Source: Methanocella sp.
GTDB lineage: Archaea > Thermoproteota > Bathyarchaeia > Bathyarchaeales > Bathycorpusculaceae
DNA: 33,188 nucleotides
Direction of reading: 5' to 3'
Assembly (NCBI GenBank): GCA_050261115.1
Contig: JBLNCY010000023.1
Span: 1-33,188 of the forward strand
Positions within the stretch are counted from its first letter, which is position 1. The number at the start of each line of letters is the position of its first letter. The notes under the pieces are model-generated. The model did not search any database. It saw only the letters and a program-made list of their open reading frames with translations, and was not told the DNA's origin. Shown one piece after another: positions 1 through 10,135 of the stretch. The translations under genes were made by a program, and so were the position numbers.

Positions 1-661
1 CGCCGACGACTCCGCCGAGGACTAGGGGCTTGGTCCATAGGATATGGGCGGTTTCGGGTGCGTCTAGGTTGCCTTTTGTGACGAGGTTGCTTGGGGTTCT
101 TTGCCAGTTGCCTGCTAGGACATTCCAGCCATGGAGCTGTGAATCGATGGGTCGACTCCAGTATTCAGTTGGTAAAGCATGCTCTTGGTAGGTGGCTGTG
201 CGTTCCTCCTGAACTATCAAGGTCAAGACTGCGCTGTCACTGGCAAGCATTATAGTGCCTTTAGGTAAGGGATTACCGAAGCCTGCGGGAATCGCTATGT
301 CGTTAACCTGCTCGGGAAAATGTGTCTGGAAAGTATAGTTGCCAACTTTTGTGGGTATAAATATGCTTCCTGTGCCGCCGGTTGGGTCAGTATTAAAAGG
401 ACCCAGAGTTTTCTCAATGCCGTCAGGATCGGTGACAGTTACGGTTAGTCCTTTCCATCCGTCATAGAGACTATTGTACTGCTGAGTAATGCCGATATGA
501 AGAAGCGTCTCTTGTCCAACACCGACAGGGTTGGGTGTGGCGCCAATGTATGCATAAGTTACGCGTTTCTCTGCTTCTTGCTGCGCTGCCGCCAACGCTA
601 AAAACGTTGAGACGACAAGGAGCATAATAATGGCAAAAGCCAAAACTTTAGTGTTTTTCAT
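1..661 (-). CDS. Secreted PQQ-like beta-propeller surface protein, N-terminal part (runs off the left edge)
   Basis: Not in the ORF track; translated by hand from ATG at 661: MKNTKVLAFAIIMLLVVSTFLALAAAQ (signal peptide)...AYIGATPNPVGVGQ...TDPDG...LPTEYWSRPID...APETAHILWTKPLVLGGVVG. The same motifs occur in the 22076-24622 protein. An AAGGAGG RBS lies just upstream. Confidence 0.88.
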   Translation of the reverse strand, partial: MKNTKVLAFAIIMLLVVSTFLALAAAQQEAEKRVTYAYIGATPNPVGVGQETLLHIGITQQYNSLYDGWKGLTVTVTDPDGIEKTLGPFNTDPTGGTGSIFIPTKVGNYTFQTHFPEQVNDIAIPAGFGNPLPKGTIMLASDSAVLTLIVQEERTATYQEHALPTEYWSRPIDSQLHGWNVLAGNWQRTPSNLVTKGNLDAPETAHILWTKPLVLGGVVG

Positions 662-900
662 TTTCTTCCTCCTTTAATAAATAGAACTCCATTCTCTCGC
701 TAACCCCATAAGAAACCTTGCTGGTGGACACCCAACCAACAGTAGACTGCCGAATCCTAAGGAGGACGTAGACTGTAAGAGTCGCAAACGTGAAGCTTCC
801 TCAAATAATGACCGACCCCTAAATTGTCATACTACTTTTGCCTGATTTTAGGGCGACAGCCAAAACTCCAGGGATAGATAGCTATCAGCTATAGCGAAAA

Positions 901-928
901 AAAATAAAAAAAATATTTTTTTTATTTT
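901..928. repeat. Perfect 28-bp A/T palindrome in a divergent intergenic region
   Basis: AAAATAAAAAAAATATTTTTTTTATTTT is its own reverse complement. Short palindromes GATAGCTATC (877-886) and GCTATAGC (888-895) lie next to it. Confidence 0.8.
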
Positions 929-1089
929 CGAGCTGTCTCTTGCCAGAAAACAACCTTGCAAGCTCCTCTCCTTAGCCAGCCACAAAAACTAACAAACCAC
1001 ATATTCACAGAGCGAACTTGTAGAAATTTTGCTAAAACATAGCATATTTTTATTAACACTTCTGGTGCATTAACTGGCAAGGGCTTGGT

Positions 1090-4000
1090 ATGACTACTAA
1101 AAACCAAAAACTTATAGTATTAATTATATCCTTTTTCCTTCTCGTTTCACCAGTTGCTTCCTTAGTCTCCGCAATCGGAGCACAGCAACCAGACGAGTTT
1201 GAACCTGACAATAGTTTCTCCCAATACAGCAGCATGACCGTAACGACGGAGCCGTCCAGTCAAGATAGATCTATTGCTCCAGCAGGAGATAACGATTACA
1301 TCCGATTTTTTGCAACCCCGGGACAATACACCTTCTACACAGAAGGCTATACAGACACTTATGGGGAACTCTTCGATTCCGATCAGAAACTTTTAGTTTC
1401 AGATGACGACAGCGGTGCAACTGAGGTATACCAATATCAATTTAAAATCACATACAAAATCACCACTCCAGGCTACTACTTTTTACGAGTCACAGGCTAC
1501 GACGACACTCACACTACAGGCGATTATACCCTCATTTACTACTATGAATTAGCCACTCTCTCAATGTCTCCATCCGAAGGCCCCGGAGGCGCAATAGCCG
1601 AATTCTCAGGATCCGGCTATCCCGCATCATCACCGGTCAACATAGAATATTTTGACTCCACGCTGAACGCATGGAACACATTCCAAGCAGCTACAGCTGA
1701 CCCAAACGGCGACATAACAATCTCAGCGGAGGTACCCGACCTCAAAAAATCACTAAGCACCGGTGACAATTATGCAACAAGCCAAACAATCTCATTTAGA
1801 GCCCTGGTGGACAACACCCCCTACTGCTACGCAAATTACACCCAATACTTCCGTGGAATCAAAACCATAGGAGCACAAACAGCACAAAACCTCTTTGGAA
1901 ACGGCACAAACCTAGCAGGATCTTTAGTGGTTGAACCCACAGACACCATCGCCCTATGCGGAGAATGGTTCCACGCAAACAGCCAAATCACCATAAAATA
2001 CGACGGCGAAAACGTTGTCGACACAGTAACAGAAGAACAATGGACAAACGCCGCCATCATCGGAACCACAACCGCCAACCCCGCAGGATCCTTTGAAACA
2101 GCAATCACCATCCCCCCCTCAAACCCAGGCATACACCACCTCTCCATCGAAGACTCCCAAACCCGACTCACCCTCAGCATACTGGTCACCCCAATAGCAG
2201 ACTGGACCCAAACCTACGACACAACCAACCCAGAAGGCGCCCTCGCAGCCATAAAAACAACCGACGGCGGATACGCACTAGTCGGCGCAACATACCCCAA
2301 CGAAATAAGCGACATCTGGCTAGTAAAAACCGACTTCCAAGGAAACATGCTATGGAACAAAACCTTCGGCGGAACAGGCGACGACTACCCCTACAGCATC
2401 ATTCAAACCAACGACGGCGGCTACGCCATAACAGGCTACACAAACTCTAACAACGAAGGCGACTTCAGCGTTTTGTTCATCAAAACAGACGCATCTGGCA
2501 ACCTCCAATACAACAACACATACAACCATACCGGAGACGACATAGGCTACAGCATCATTCAAGACAGCGAAGGAGGCTATTTTATTGTAGGCTCCCATGA
2601 CACCGCTCAAAGCGGCAAGCAAATTCTCTTCATACAAACAGATCCCCAAGGCAACGCAATCTGGATGGCCGATCACGGCTACTCCGGCAACGACGTGGGA
2701 AAGGCCGTAATCCACCTAGACGATGGCAGCTACACCATACTCGGCGAAACCACATCTTTCGGCAGCATGACCCAAATCTACCTGCTAAACATCGACAGCT
2801 CCGGAGAAGTGACCTGGGAGCGTACCTATGGAGGACACCTAACAGACTTGGTATATTCAATAACCACAACCAGTGACGGCGGCTACGCAATAGCAGGCAC
2901 CACAAACTACCTGCCAGAAGACTTTGACATCTACATATTAAAGATCGATTCAACCGGCCACGTCGACTGGACCTTCACATACAACGCCACAAAATCAGAT
3001 TATGCCTACTCGATTATTGAGAATGATAGGAAAGAATTCGTGATTGCAGGCGCTGTTTTAGCACCCAACCAAACAAACACGAATGCCATCCTACTCAAAC
3101 TCGATTGGGACGGAAACCTAAGTGCAAACCACACCTGGACAGAACCAGCTAGCAGTTTTGCTCGCCAGGTAATCCAGAGCTCCGATGGAAACTATGTAGT
3201 AGCCGGAGCTTCTTTAGATGCCAGCAATTACGATTTCTGGCTCACCAAAACCTCAGCCCTCACCTCTATGCGCGTCCACAACCTCAACACAAACCAAAGC
3301 TACAGCTCAATCCAAAAAGCAATAGACTCGGCAAGCACTCAAGACGGACACACAATTGCCGTTGACAGCGGATTTTACCGAGAAAACATTGTGATTCATA
3401 AATCAATAACGCTCATGGGCGAAAATAACATCTCAACCATAATCGACGGCTCAAACAAAGGAAACGTCATTAGCATCATCGCAGACAACGTGGAACTCAC
3501 AGGATTCACAATCCAAAACAGCAACTACTACTCAATCACCCCATGCAGCGGCATCTACATTGGATCCATAACTAACGCCAATGTCAAAGACAACATAGTC
3601 AAGAACACCGACTATGGAATGAGCTTTAATGGTGCGTCAAGTAGCACAGCAACAGAAAACCAAATACTCTACTCATACGGTGCCTTCAAAGTTGAACATT
3701 CAGCAAACATTCTCCTATCCAGCAACCAACTGAGCAACTACGGATGGTACGACCTTCGCATTACAAACTCAAGCGTGAACCTACAAAGTACCAGCAATAA
3801 CGACTGGCTAAACTGCCTCTCAAACGGTAACTCCACAATCAACACAAACGGAACACTGGGCTACGTTGAATTAACCCAAGACTCAAGCCTTCAACTACAA
3901 AATGCTCACTATATAGACGCACTCGACATATGCGAGAACGCTGATCTGACAATTTCAAATTCAACGGTTGACGGTCTCTATCTAGCATACTCATCAAGCG

Positions 4001-6861
4001 CTACCCTCTACGATACCACCGTTGAATTGGTATATCTTTTATCTATTGATTCTAATCTGAGCCTGACCGGTATACCCAGCGACCGCACTGGCAACTTTAA
4101 CCTCTCAGACTACATCTCAATTGCCTCGGGAGCTACCCCAGATTTAGTCTTAAACAATTCAAGAGTTGATATTCTAAAATTCAACTTTGAAGACTCAACA
4201 GTCACCGTAACTGACTGCCAAGATATAATCGTAGAGGCCGATAACTCCAACATCACAGTCCGGGGCCAAAACCCAGGCTCTTATGTTGGAACAAACAGTT
4301 ACTATGACACTTCAATCCTGACTTTAGAGAACACAACAATAAAAGGCATCGAAGTCTCAGCCACAACCCACACAACCATACATAACTCCAAAATCCAAAG
4401 ACTAGACCTCGAGTACCAAGCAAGCGTATCAGCCTACGACTCAACCATAGACCGCATAACATGCATAGACTTCAACGGCACCCTAATGCTCTCCAACGTT
4501 ACAGGCATAAGCTTTGGAGCCTTCGACTCCAATGTTACCCTGCAAGGCAACTTCGCCGGCTATAGACCAAGCGTCTCCAACAGCCAAGTAAACCGCACCT
4601 ATACAGTAGTCACAAAAGACTTAGCCGGAAACCCAGAACCCAACATCGAATTACAACTATACGACCAGTTCAAGAATCCCATATGGAACGGCTACACCGA
4701 CAGTAACGGCATCACATACCTAGACGTGGTATTTACAGACACAAACTGCACAAGCATCCTGACCATAAAAGCCATAAAAAACAACCAAACCGAAGCCAAC
4801 CAAAAAATCAGCTTCCAAGCCCCAACAATAGTACCCCTGACCCTTGAGAACGCCAAAGTTCACAACCTAAACACCGGCCTAAGCTACTTCACCATCCAGG
4901 ACGCAATCGACGCAAACCAAACCCTAGACGGACACGAGATATTCGTAGAAGAAGGACTCTACCAAGGAAACCTCACCATAGACAAGTCCATTAAACTTCG
5001 AGGAGAAAACAACGCATCAACAATCATTGACGGAGCAACCCGCGAAATCACCATCCAAATAACTGCAAATGACGTAGAAGTCAGCGGATTTACAATCCTC
5101 AACTCAGAAGACAACGACAATACCGAAGGAATATCAATAATATCACGCTCAGGAGTGAATATTACCAACAACATTTTCAAACAAACCTATGCCGCAATAT
5201 CCGCCGATAGTAGTTCACATGTGACTATCTCAAGAAATACCTTCTTCATCGACGTAGTGGCGATTATCATGGGTTCATCCTCAGAGTGCCTCATCGACAC
5301 AAATACCTTGATAGGTACCACTGACGAAAACGGAGGGGTACTTCTAGCAGGTTGTTATAATGTTACCATCTCTAACAACGAATTTGTTACCGCCGCTGAG
5401 ACCTCATGGGGCCTCAACCTTCTCATGTCCCAGAATTGTTTAGTGAGCGGCAACAGCTTTGCAGACCATGAATCAGGAATCGTCCTAACCTTCAGCCAAA
5501 ACAACACCATCTACCACAACTACTTCACACAAAATCTCTATAGCGCCGCAGTCTTGTATAGCATGGATAACACCTTCTACCACAACTTTTTCCTAAACAA
5601 CACCAATGACCCAGCACTTCCAGTAAATAACTCAAACGTCTGGGATAACGGCTACCCCACAGGCGGAAACTACTGGAGCAACTACACAGGCACCGACACA
5701 GACCAAGACGGCATAGGCGACACACCCTACATACTCGACGCCAACAACACAGACCGCTACCCCCTCGTCTACAGCCAAACAGAATTTGACGCAGGCCAAT
5801 TCAACCAAACCCAATGCAACATAAACACCCTATCAAACTCTTCCATCACAAACTTCCAAATAAACCCCCAAACCAAAACCCTAAGCTTCACCCTAACCGG
5901 CGAAACCGCAACCACAGGCTTCACATTAATCACCATACCAAACGCCCTCATGGAAACCCTATACCACAACATCTTCACAGTCTATATCGATGGACAACCC
6001 TGCAGCTACCGAGCCTGGTCAGACCAAACAAACACCTACCTATACGTCACCTACACCCACTCAACCCACACACTAACAGTAGTCGGAGACACCACGGCCC
6101 CAGTTACAACCGACGACTACGATGGCCAGTGGCATACCCAAGACTTCACCATCAACCTCCAAGCACACGACCAAAACGGCATAGCCGAAACCTACTACAA
6201 AATCAACAACGGAAACACCCAATCCGTAAGCGCCAACGGCCAACCAAGGATAACCACAGAAGGCCAAAACACGCTCGAGTACTGGAGCGTGGACCTAGCC
6301 GGAAACCAAGAAACACACAGAACACTAAATGAGGTCAAGCTGGACAAGACAGCACCCACCGGGTCAATCCTGATAAACAACGGCGTAAGCCACGCAAGCA
6401 ATGCTCTAGTGACGTTGTCGCTAACGGCCTATGATCAGCACTCGGGCGTTCGTCAGATGCGCTTCAGCGACGACGGCACGTCCTGGAGCAGCTGGGAACC
6501 AGCCACGGCTTCTAAGTCTTGGTATCTAACTGGAGATGCAGGCACGAAAACCGTCTATTACCAGGTTCAGGACTACGCCGGCCTCATCTCGGAGACCTAC
6601 TCTGATAGCATCATCCTCATGTCATCAGGCTCCTCCTCTTCGGACCCGTCGCCAACCACAAAACCCGCCCCAACGCCAACCACAGAACCCACACCAACCC
6701 CCACACCCACAACAACACCCACAACGACCCCCCAACCCACACCCACCCAGCAACCCACAAACGAACAACTACCCACCTGGACCATCGCACTCGTCATAGG
6801 CGCAGCCCTTTCAGCAATCGCCGCAACCGCAGTAGTTTGGATACAAAAAAGAAAACATTAG
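1090..6861 (+). CDS. Large multidomain membrane-anchored surface protein (PPC-like, Ig-like, beta-propeller, two NosD/pectin-lyase-like beta-helices, PT linker, C-terminal TM anchor)
   Basis: 1923 aa. Contains a signal peptide; a PPC-like module (DEFEPDN...GDNDYIRF...DTYGELFD...DDDSG); repeated W-x-K-T-F/Y-G-G / TxDGGYAIxG propeller blades; two VHNLNT..Y..IQ.AID...DGH.I.V..G.Y beta-helix caps; a NosD-type WDNGYPTGGNYWSNY...DGIGDTPY...DRYPL tail; Ig-like DTTAP/DKTAP modules; a Pro/Thr linker; and a TM helix followed by KRKH. Confidence 0.9.
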   Translation: MTTKNQKLIVLIISFFLLVSPVASLVSAIGAQQPDEFEPDNSFSQYSSMTVTTEPSSQDRSIAPAGDNDYIRFFATPGQYTFYTEGYTDTYGELFDSDQKLLVSDDDSGATEVYQYQFKITYKITTPGYYFLRVTGYDDTHTTGDYTLIYYYELATLSMSPSEGPGGAIAEFSGSGYPASSPVNIEYFDSTLNAWNTFQAATADPNGDITISAEVPDLKKSLSTGDNYATSQTISFRALVDNTPYCYANYTQYFRGIKTIGAQTAQNLFGNGTNLAGSLVVEPTDTIALCGEWFHANSQITIKYDGENVVDTVTEEQWTNAAIIGTTTANPAGSFETAITIPPSNPGIHHLSIEDSQTRLTLSILVTPIADWTQTYDTTNPEGALAAIKTTDGGYALVGATYPNEISDIWLVKTDFQGNMLWNKTFGGTGDDYPYSIIQTNDGGYAITGYTNSNNEGDFSVLFIKTDASGNLQYNNTYNHTGDDIGYSIIQDSEGGYFIVGSHDTAQSGKQILFIQTDPQGNAIWMADHGYSGNDVGKAVIHLDDGSYTILGETTSFGSMTQIYLLNIDSSGEVTWERTYGGHLTDLVYSITTTSDGGYAIAGTTNYLPEDFDIYILKIDSTGHVDWTFTYNATKSDYAYSIIENDRKEFVIAGAVLAPNQTNTNAILLKLDWDGNLSANHTWTEPASSFARQVIQSSDGNYVVAGASLDASNYDFWLTKTSALTSMRVHNLNTNQSYSSIQKAIDSASTQDGHTIAVDSGFYRENIVIHKSITLMGENNISTIIDGSNKGNVISIIADNVELTGFTIQNSNYYSITPCSGIYIGSITNANVKDNIVKNTDYGMSFNGASSSTATENQILYSYGAFKVEHSANILLSSNQLSNYGWYDLRITNSSVNLQSTSNNDWLNCLSNGNSTINTNGTLGYVELTQDSSLQLQNAHYIDALDICENADLTISNSTVDGLYLAYSSSATLYDTTVELVYLLSIDSNLSLTGIPSDRTGNFNLSDYISIASGATPDLVLNNSRVDILKFNFEDSTVTVTDCQDIIVEADNSNITVRGQNPGSYVGTNSYYDTSILTLENTTIKGIEVSATTHTTIHNSKIQRLDLEYQASVSAYDSTIDRITCIDFNGTLMLSNVTGISFGAFDSNVTLQGNFAGYRPSVSNSQVNRTYTVVTKDLAGNPEPNIELQLYDQFKNPIWNGYTDSNGITYLDVVFTDTNCTSILTIKAIKNNQTEANQKISFQAPTIVPLTLENAKVHNLNTGLSYFTIQDAIDANQTLDGHEIFVEEGLYQGNLTIDKSIKLRGENNASTIIDGATREITIQITANDVEVSGFTILNSEDNDNTEGISIISRSGVNITNNIFKQTYAAISADSSSHVTISRNTFFIDVVAIIMGSSSECLIDTNTLIGTTDENGGVLLAGCYNVTISNNEFVTAAETSWGLNLLMSQNCLVSGNSFADHESGIVLTFSQNNTIYHNYFTQNLYSAAVLYSMDNTFYHNFFLNNTNDPALPVNNSNVWDNGYPTGGNYWSNYTGTDTDQDGIGDTPYILDANNTDRYPLVYSQTEFDAGQFNQTQCNINTLSNSSITNFQINPQTKTLSFTLTGETATTGFTLITIPNALMETLYHNIFTVYIDGQPCSYRAWSDQTNTYLYVTYTHSTHTLTVVGDTTAPVTTDDYDGQWHTQDFTINLQAHDQNGIAETYYKINNGNTQSVSANGQPRITTEGQNTLEYWSVDLAGNQETHRTLNEVKLDKTAPTGSILINNGVSHASNALVTLSLTAYDQHSGVRQMRFSDDGTSWSSWEPATASKSWYLTGDAGTKTVYYQVQDYAGLISETYSDSIILMSSGSSSSDPSPTTKPAPTPTTEPTPTPTPTTTPTTTPQPTPTQQPTNEQLPTWTIALVIGAALSAIAATAVVWIQKRKH
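6645..6765 (+). repeat. Low-complexity Pro/Thr linker-coding repeat
   Basis: Encodes PSPTTKPAPTPTTEPTPTPTPTTTPTTTPQPTPTQQPT immediately before the TM anchor. Confidence 0.85.
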
Positions 6862-7269
6862 CCAGTTAGGGAGAGAACCACTCTCTACTCGGCAACCCCA
6901 CCATTTTTCGGTTATTTTTGATACGGCGCTCTTTTAGGGCGTTGACTCTTATTTTTTCTCGGTGCTGTGTTCAGTTAGCGGCCTGGAGCTCGAGAATTAT
7001 TTTGCTATAGTTGCATAGAAGCACAGGCGGGCGGGGTTTATAGGCGGCGGCGTAGCCCTAGTGGATAGCGGGGACACGTTAGGGGTTATGGTAAAACACT
7101 TGCACTTCATCATTGAGGTGGATGGTTAGGCGGCTGCAGAGCTCGTGGTGTTGCTGGAGAAGCTGGTCCTGCTGCTGGAGGATTAGGGTGCAGCATTCTG
7201 GGATAGGCCATGTTGTAGAATTCGAGACGCAACATTGCCACATAGATACTATGAGATAAAGAAGATTAA

Positions 7270-7495
7270 ATGACAGAACCTAACAATCCTCGAGAAAGAA
7301 TAACCATCGAAGTTGACTTAAAAGACACATAAAGAATTTGCTTTCAGCATTAAATGACAAAATTGATGTATTGCTTGAAGATAGAGATACCTTGTCATTT
7401 ATGGTTTAGCGGAGAAATCCCTAAGAGATTTTCTTGAAAAAGAGCCAGACCTGTATTCTATCAAAGACATCAAGGCTAAGGTTAACTGCCGTTGA
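7270..7495 (+). pseudogene. Frameshifted putative antitoxin gene
   Basis: From ATG 7270: MTEPNNPRERITIEVDLKD / IKNLLSALNDKIDVLLEDRDTLSFMV / LAEKSLRDFLEKEPDLYSIKDIK, joined by two frameshifts. The LAEKSL.DFL..EPDLYS..D tail resembles small antitoxins found upstream of PemK/MazF toxins. Confidence 0.6.
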
Positions 7496-7541
7496 AGGGC
7501 AAATAGTTCTAATTCCATTCCCATTCACAGACCTAACAGCT
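7492..7541 (+). pseudogene. Truncated PemK/MazF-family toxin N-terminus
   Basis: G.IVLIPFPFTDLTA matches the MazF/PemK N-terminal motif (G.IVLVPFPFTDL...K.RPALV). The sequence breaks at a T run before the RP motif. The TTG start overlaps the antitoxin TGA stop. Confidence 0.7.
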
Positions 7542-7617
7542 GTTTTTTTTTTACGAAATCTATCAATATGCCAAAATCTCCCAATCCCAAAAACACCCAA
7601 AACACTAACAGGCATGT

Positions 7618-9171
7618 TTAGGGTCCAACAAATACGACGCTGAATCCGCGGTCTTTTAGCTTCTCCAAAGCCAACGACAAAGCATCCGAATCTTCCCGAC
7701 CGGGGGATATTACGGTTATGACGGCTTGGCCCTGAAGGCCTTTTACTGCATGATTCAACGCTAACGTGGCAGGATGACTTTCCGCCGAAGCCTCTAAAGC
7801 TTCCGCCTCCAACTCAAGGACTTCAGCAAGCCTACGCGCGTCTTCACGCTTCGCTTGGCTTAGTTGAGTGATAGAACGCTTGAGCAACCTTGGCTTAGTT
7901 GACTCCAAAACCCGAAGTTTAGGTTCGGCAACAACGATTTTGCCGGTTAACTCTAAGACCCGCTTGAGGGTCTCTCTCGAACTCATCAGGGGAGTCGCAG
8001 CTAAAACCTCCGTTTCATTGTAAACCGCTAAGGCAGACGGCAACCCCTCAGACGCCAAAGTCAACGCTGACATCACCAAATTATACGCCAACAAATCCGC
8101 CTCATCAGCATCCTTCGCCGTAAGATTAGCAACTATGACGCCACTCTGACCCTGCAAACCCGAAAACTCTTTGATAACCAACTCACCAAGCTTAAACGAG
8201 TGCTTCCAATCAATATCCTTCAAGCTATCGCCAACTTGGTAGGCTCGGCTCCCAAAAAACTCTACTCCACGCTTAGAAAACCGCGAACCAAGCGCCGCCA
8301 CAGGCATCACAGCGCTGCCGCCACCGGAAGTCTGCTCCAAAAACTTGTTCGCAAGCCAAGCCGCATACCGAGCCCGAGGAATAATATGCAAATCCAACGG
8401 CTCCAACACCTGCCCCACCTCAACCAAACCCCGCATATCCGCATAGCAAGCATTAATTCGAAGCTTGGAAGGCCCAGCAAGCGGCGCAGTAAACTTTACC
8501 GACACCTCAGTCTCCGCCTTTGGAGTAACCAAAAAGTCAGACGGCGCTACACTGACCCAAGCATCAACAGGCCGCAAACTAACCAGAAGCGGCACCCGAA
8601 CCCTACCCATCAACCGAAACTTCGCCGCCTCAGCATTACCAACCACCACCCGACTCCAAGACCCCTCCTCCCGCAAAGACACCCCAGAAACCCTCCAAAC
8701 CGTAAACAACACAGCAACACCAACATAACAAAGCAAAACAACCACCCCAAACAGCAAGGCGAGGTTCCAGACCACAACACCAACAACAAAAACCAACAAT
8801 AACCCAACAACCAAAGCCCTCAAAGCACCACTCGGACTCCGACCCACCCCACGAAAAGCAAGACCCTGACTCGAAGCAAACCCACGCAACCCCTCATCCA
8901 AAAGCAACAACGCCGGAACAAGCAACAAAGCCCCATATACCCCAACCAACGCCTCAAAAACTAACGGCGCAAAAACAAGCAAACCCACAACCAAAACAAC
9001 ATTCAAACCCGCCTTCACCGGCTTATAGAACAAATACAACAGCACCCCTATCAAGCCAAGGGCAACCCCAAGCTGATAAACCGACGAAAACAAGGTAGCA
9101 AACACAAGCAGGGCTAGAAGGTAAACTCTAGCAAACACCCCTGCCGTCAATTTCTTCATAGTCTTACCCAT
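7618..9171 (-). CDS. DUF58-family protein (MoxR partner) with an extended N-terminal membrane region
   Basis: GVEFFGSRAYQVGDSLKDIDWKHSFKLGELVIKEF matches the DUF58 core motif. About 5-6 N-terminal TM segments. Lies directly downstream of MoxR. Confidence 0.88.
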   Translation of the reverse strand: MGKTMKKLTAGVFARVYLLALLVFATLFSSVYQLGVALGLIGVLLYLFYKPVKAGLNVVLVVGLLVFAPLVFEALVGVYGALLLVPALLLLDEGLRGFASSQGLAFRGVGRSPSGALRALVVGLLLVFVVGVVVWNLALLFGVVVLLCYVGVAVLFTVWRVSGVSLREEGSWSRVVVGNAEAAKFRLMGRVRVPLLVSLRPVDAWVSVAPSDFLVTPKAETEVSVKFTAPLAGPSKLRINACYADMRGLVEVGQVLEPLDLHIIPRARYAAWLANKFLEQTSGGGSAVMPVAALGSRFSKRGVEFFGSRAYQVGDSLKDIDWKHSFKLGELVIKEFSGLQGQSGVIVANLTAKDADEADLLAYNLVMSALTLASEGLPSALAVYNETEVLAATPLMSSRETLKRVLELTGKIVVAEPKLRVLESTKPRLLKRSITQLSQAKREDARRLAEVLELEAEALEASAESHPATLALNHAVKGLQGQAVITVISPGREDSDALSLALEKLKDRGFSVVFVGP

Positions 9172-9181
9172 TCAATCGATA

Positions 9182-10135
9182 CTATATCTTGGGAACCGGA
9201 ACAGTACTCAAAACCCTATCAACCACAGTCTTGGCAGTCACATCATCCATCTCCGCCTCAGGCTTAACACGTATACGATGCGCCAACACAGGAAACGCCA
9301 ACCGCTTAACATCATCAGGCAACACAAAATCCCTACCCTTAAGATACGCAAAAGCCCGCGAACTCTTAAACAAACACACACCCGCCCGAGTACTAATCCC
9401 CGACAACACATCAGGATCAACACGAGCCGCCCGCACCAAATCAATAATGTAACCCTTCACCTCATCAGAAACATGCACTCGCTTAATCGCCTGCTGAAGA
9501 GAAGCAATATCCTCAAGAGATGCAACCGCCTTAATGTCCGACTGCTCGATGTAATCAACCTTCGAAACAATCCGAACCTCATCTTCCCTACTAACATAAT
9601 CGCTCAATATCCTAAACATGAACCGATCCAATTGCACTTCAGTCAAGGGATAAGTTCCCTCCGAACCAAAAGGCAACTGACTCCCAATAACCATAAAAAC
9701 ACTCGACAACGGATGCGTCACACCCTCAATGGTGACCTGCTTCTCCTGCATCGACTCGATCAAAGCCGCCTGAGTACGCGGAGTCGTACGGTTCAACTCA
9801 TCAGCCAACACAACATTCGCAAACAAAGGCCCAGCCACAAACCGCGAACGCCCATCAGGAGTATAAACATTAAACCCAGTCACATCAGCAGGCAACATAT
9901 CAGGCGTAAACTGCACCCGCTTAAACTGCCCAGAAATCACATGCGCAAACGTCTTAGCCAACAACGTCTTAGCCGACCCAGCATAACCCTCAATCAAAAC
10001 ATGCCCATCACTCAACAACGCAACAAGCAACAGCTCCTTTGCATCCTCTTTTCCAATAACCACTTTAGATATCTCATTCAAAATTGCACTAGGAACGCTT
10101 GAAGGGACTTCAACGGGTTTTTTCATCGGCTCCAC
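9182..10135 (-). CDS. moxR: MoxR-family AAA+ ATPase
   Basis: GHVLIEGYAGSAKT (Walker A), RVQFTPDMLPADVTG, VLADELNRTTPRTQAALIESMQE, EGTYPLTEVQLDRF, GRDFVLPDDVK, VLAHRI. The true start may be ATG at 10126. Confidence 0.95.
   Translation of the reverse strand: MEPMKKPVEVPSSVPSAILNEISKVVIGKEDAKELLLVALLSDGHVLIEGYAGSAKTLLAKTFAHVISGQFKRVQFTPDMLPADVTGFNVYTPDGRSRFVAGPLFANVVLADELNRTTPRTQAALIESMQEKQVTIEGVTHPLSSVFMVIGSQLPFGSEGTYPLTEVQLDRFMFRILSDYVSREDEVRIVSKVDYIEQSDIKAVASLEDIASLQQAIKRVHVSDEVKGYIIDLVRAARVDPDVLSGISTRAGVCLFKSSRAFAYLKGRDFVLPDDVKRLAFPVLAHRIRVKPEAEMDDVTAKTVVDRVLSTVPVPKI

Noticed and set aside
3274-5040. Diversity-generating retroelement TR/VR pair suggested by the duplicated cap sequences
   Set aside because: The differences are not adenine-specific, divergence is high, and no reverse transcriptase is present in the window.
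5814-6332. 172-aa alternative-frame ORF inside the large surface protein
   Set aside because: An out-of-frame by-product of A/C skew with low-complexity H/P/R composition.
7079-7243. Small - strand ORF MWQCCVSNSTTWPIPECC...
   Set aside because: No RBS or recognisable motif, and it lies in a decayed region.
7434-7643. 69-aa ORF as an intact gene
   Set aside because: A chimera: only the central IVLIPFPFTDLTA is meaningful, and it belongs to the toxin pseudogene.
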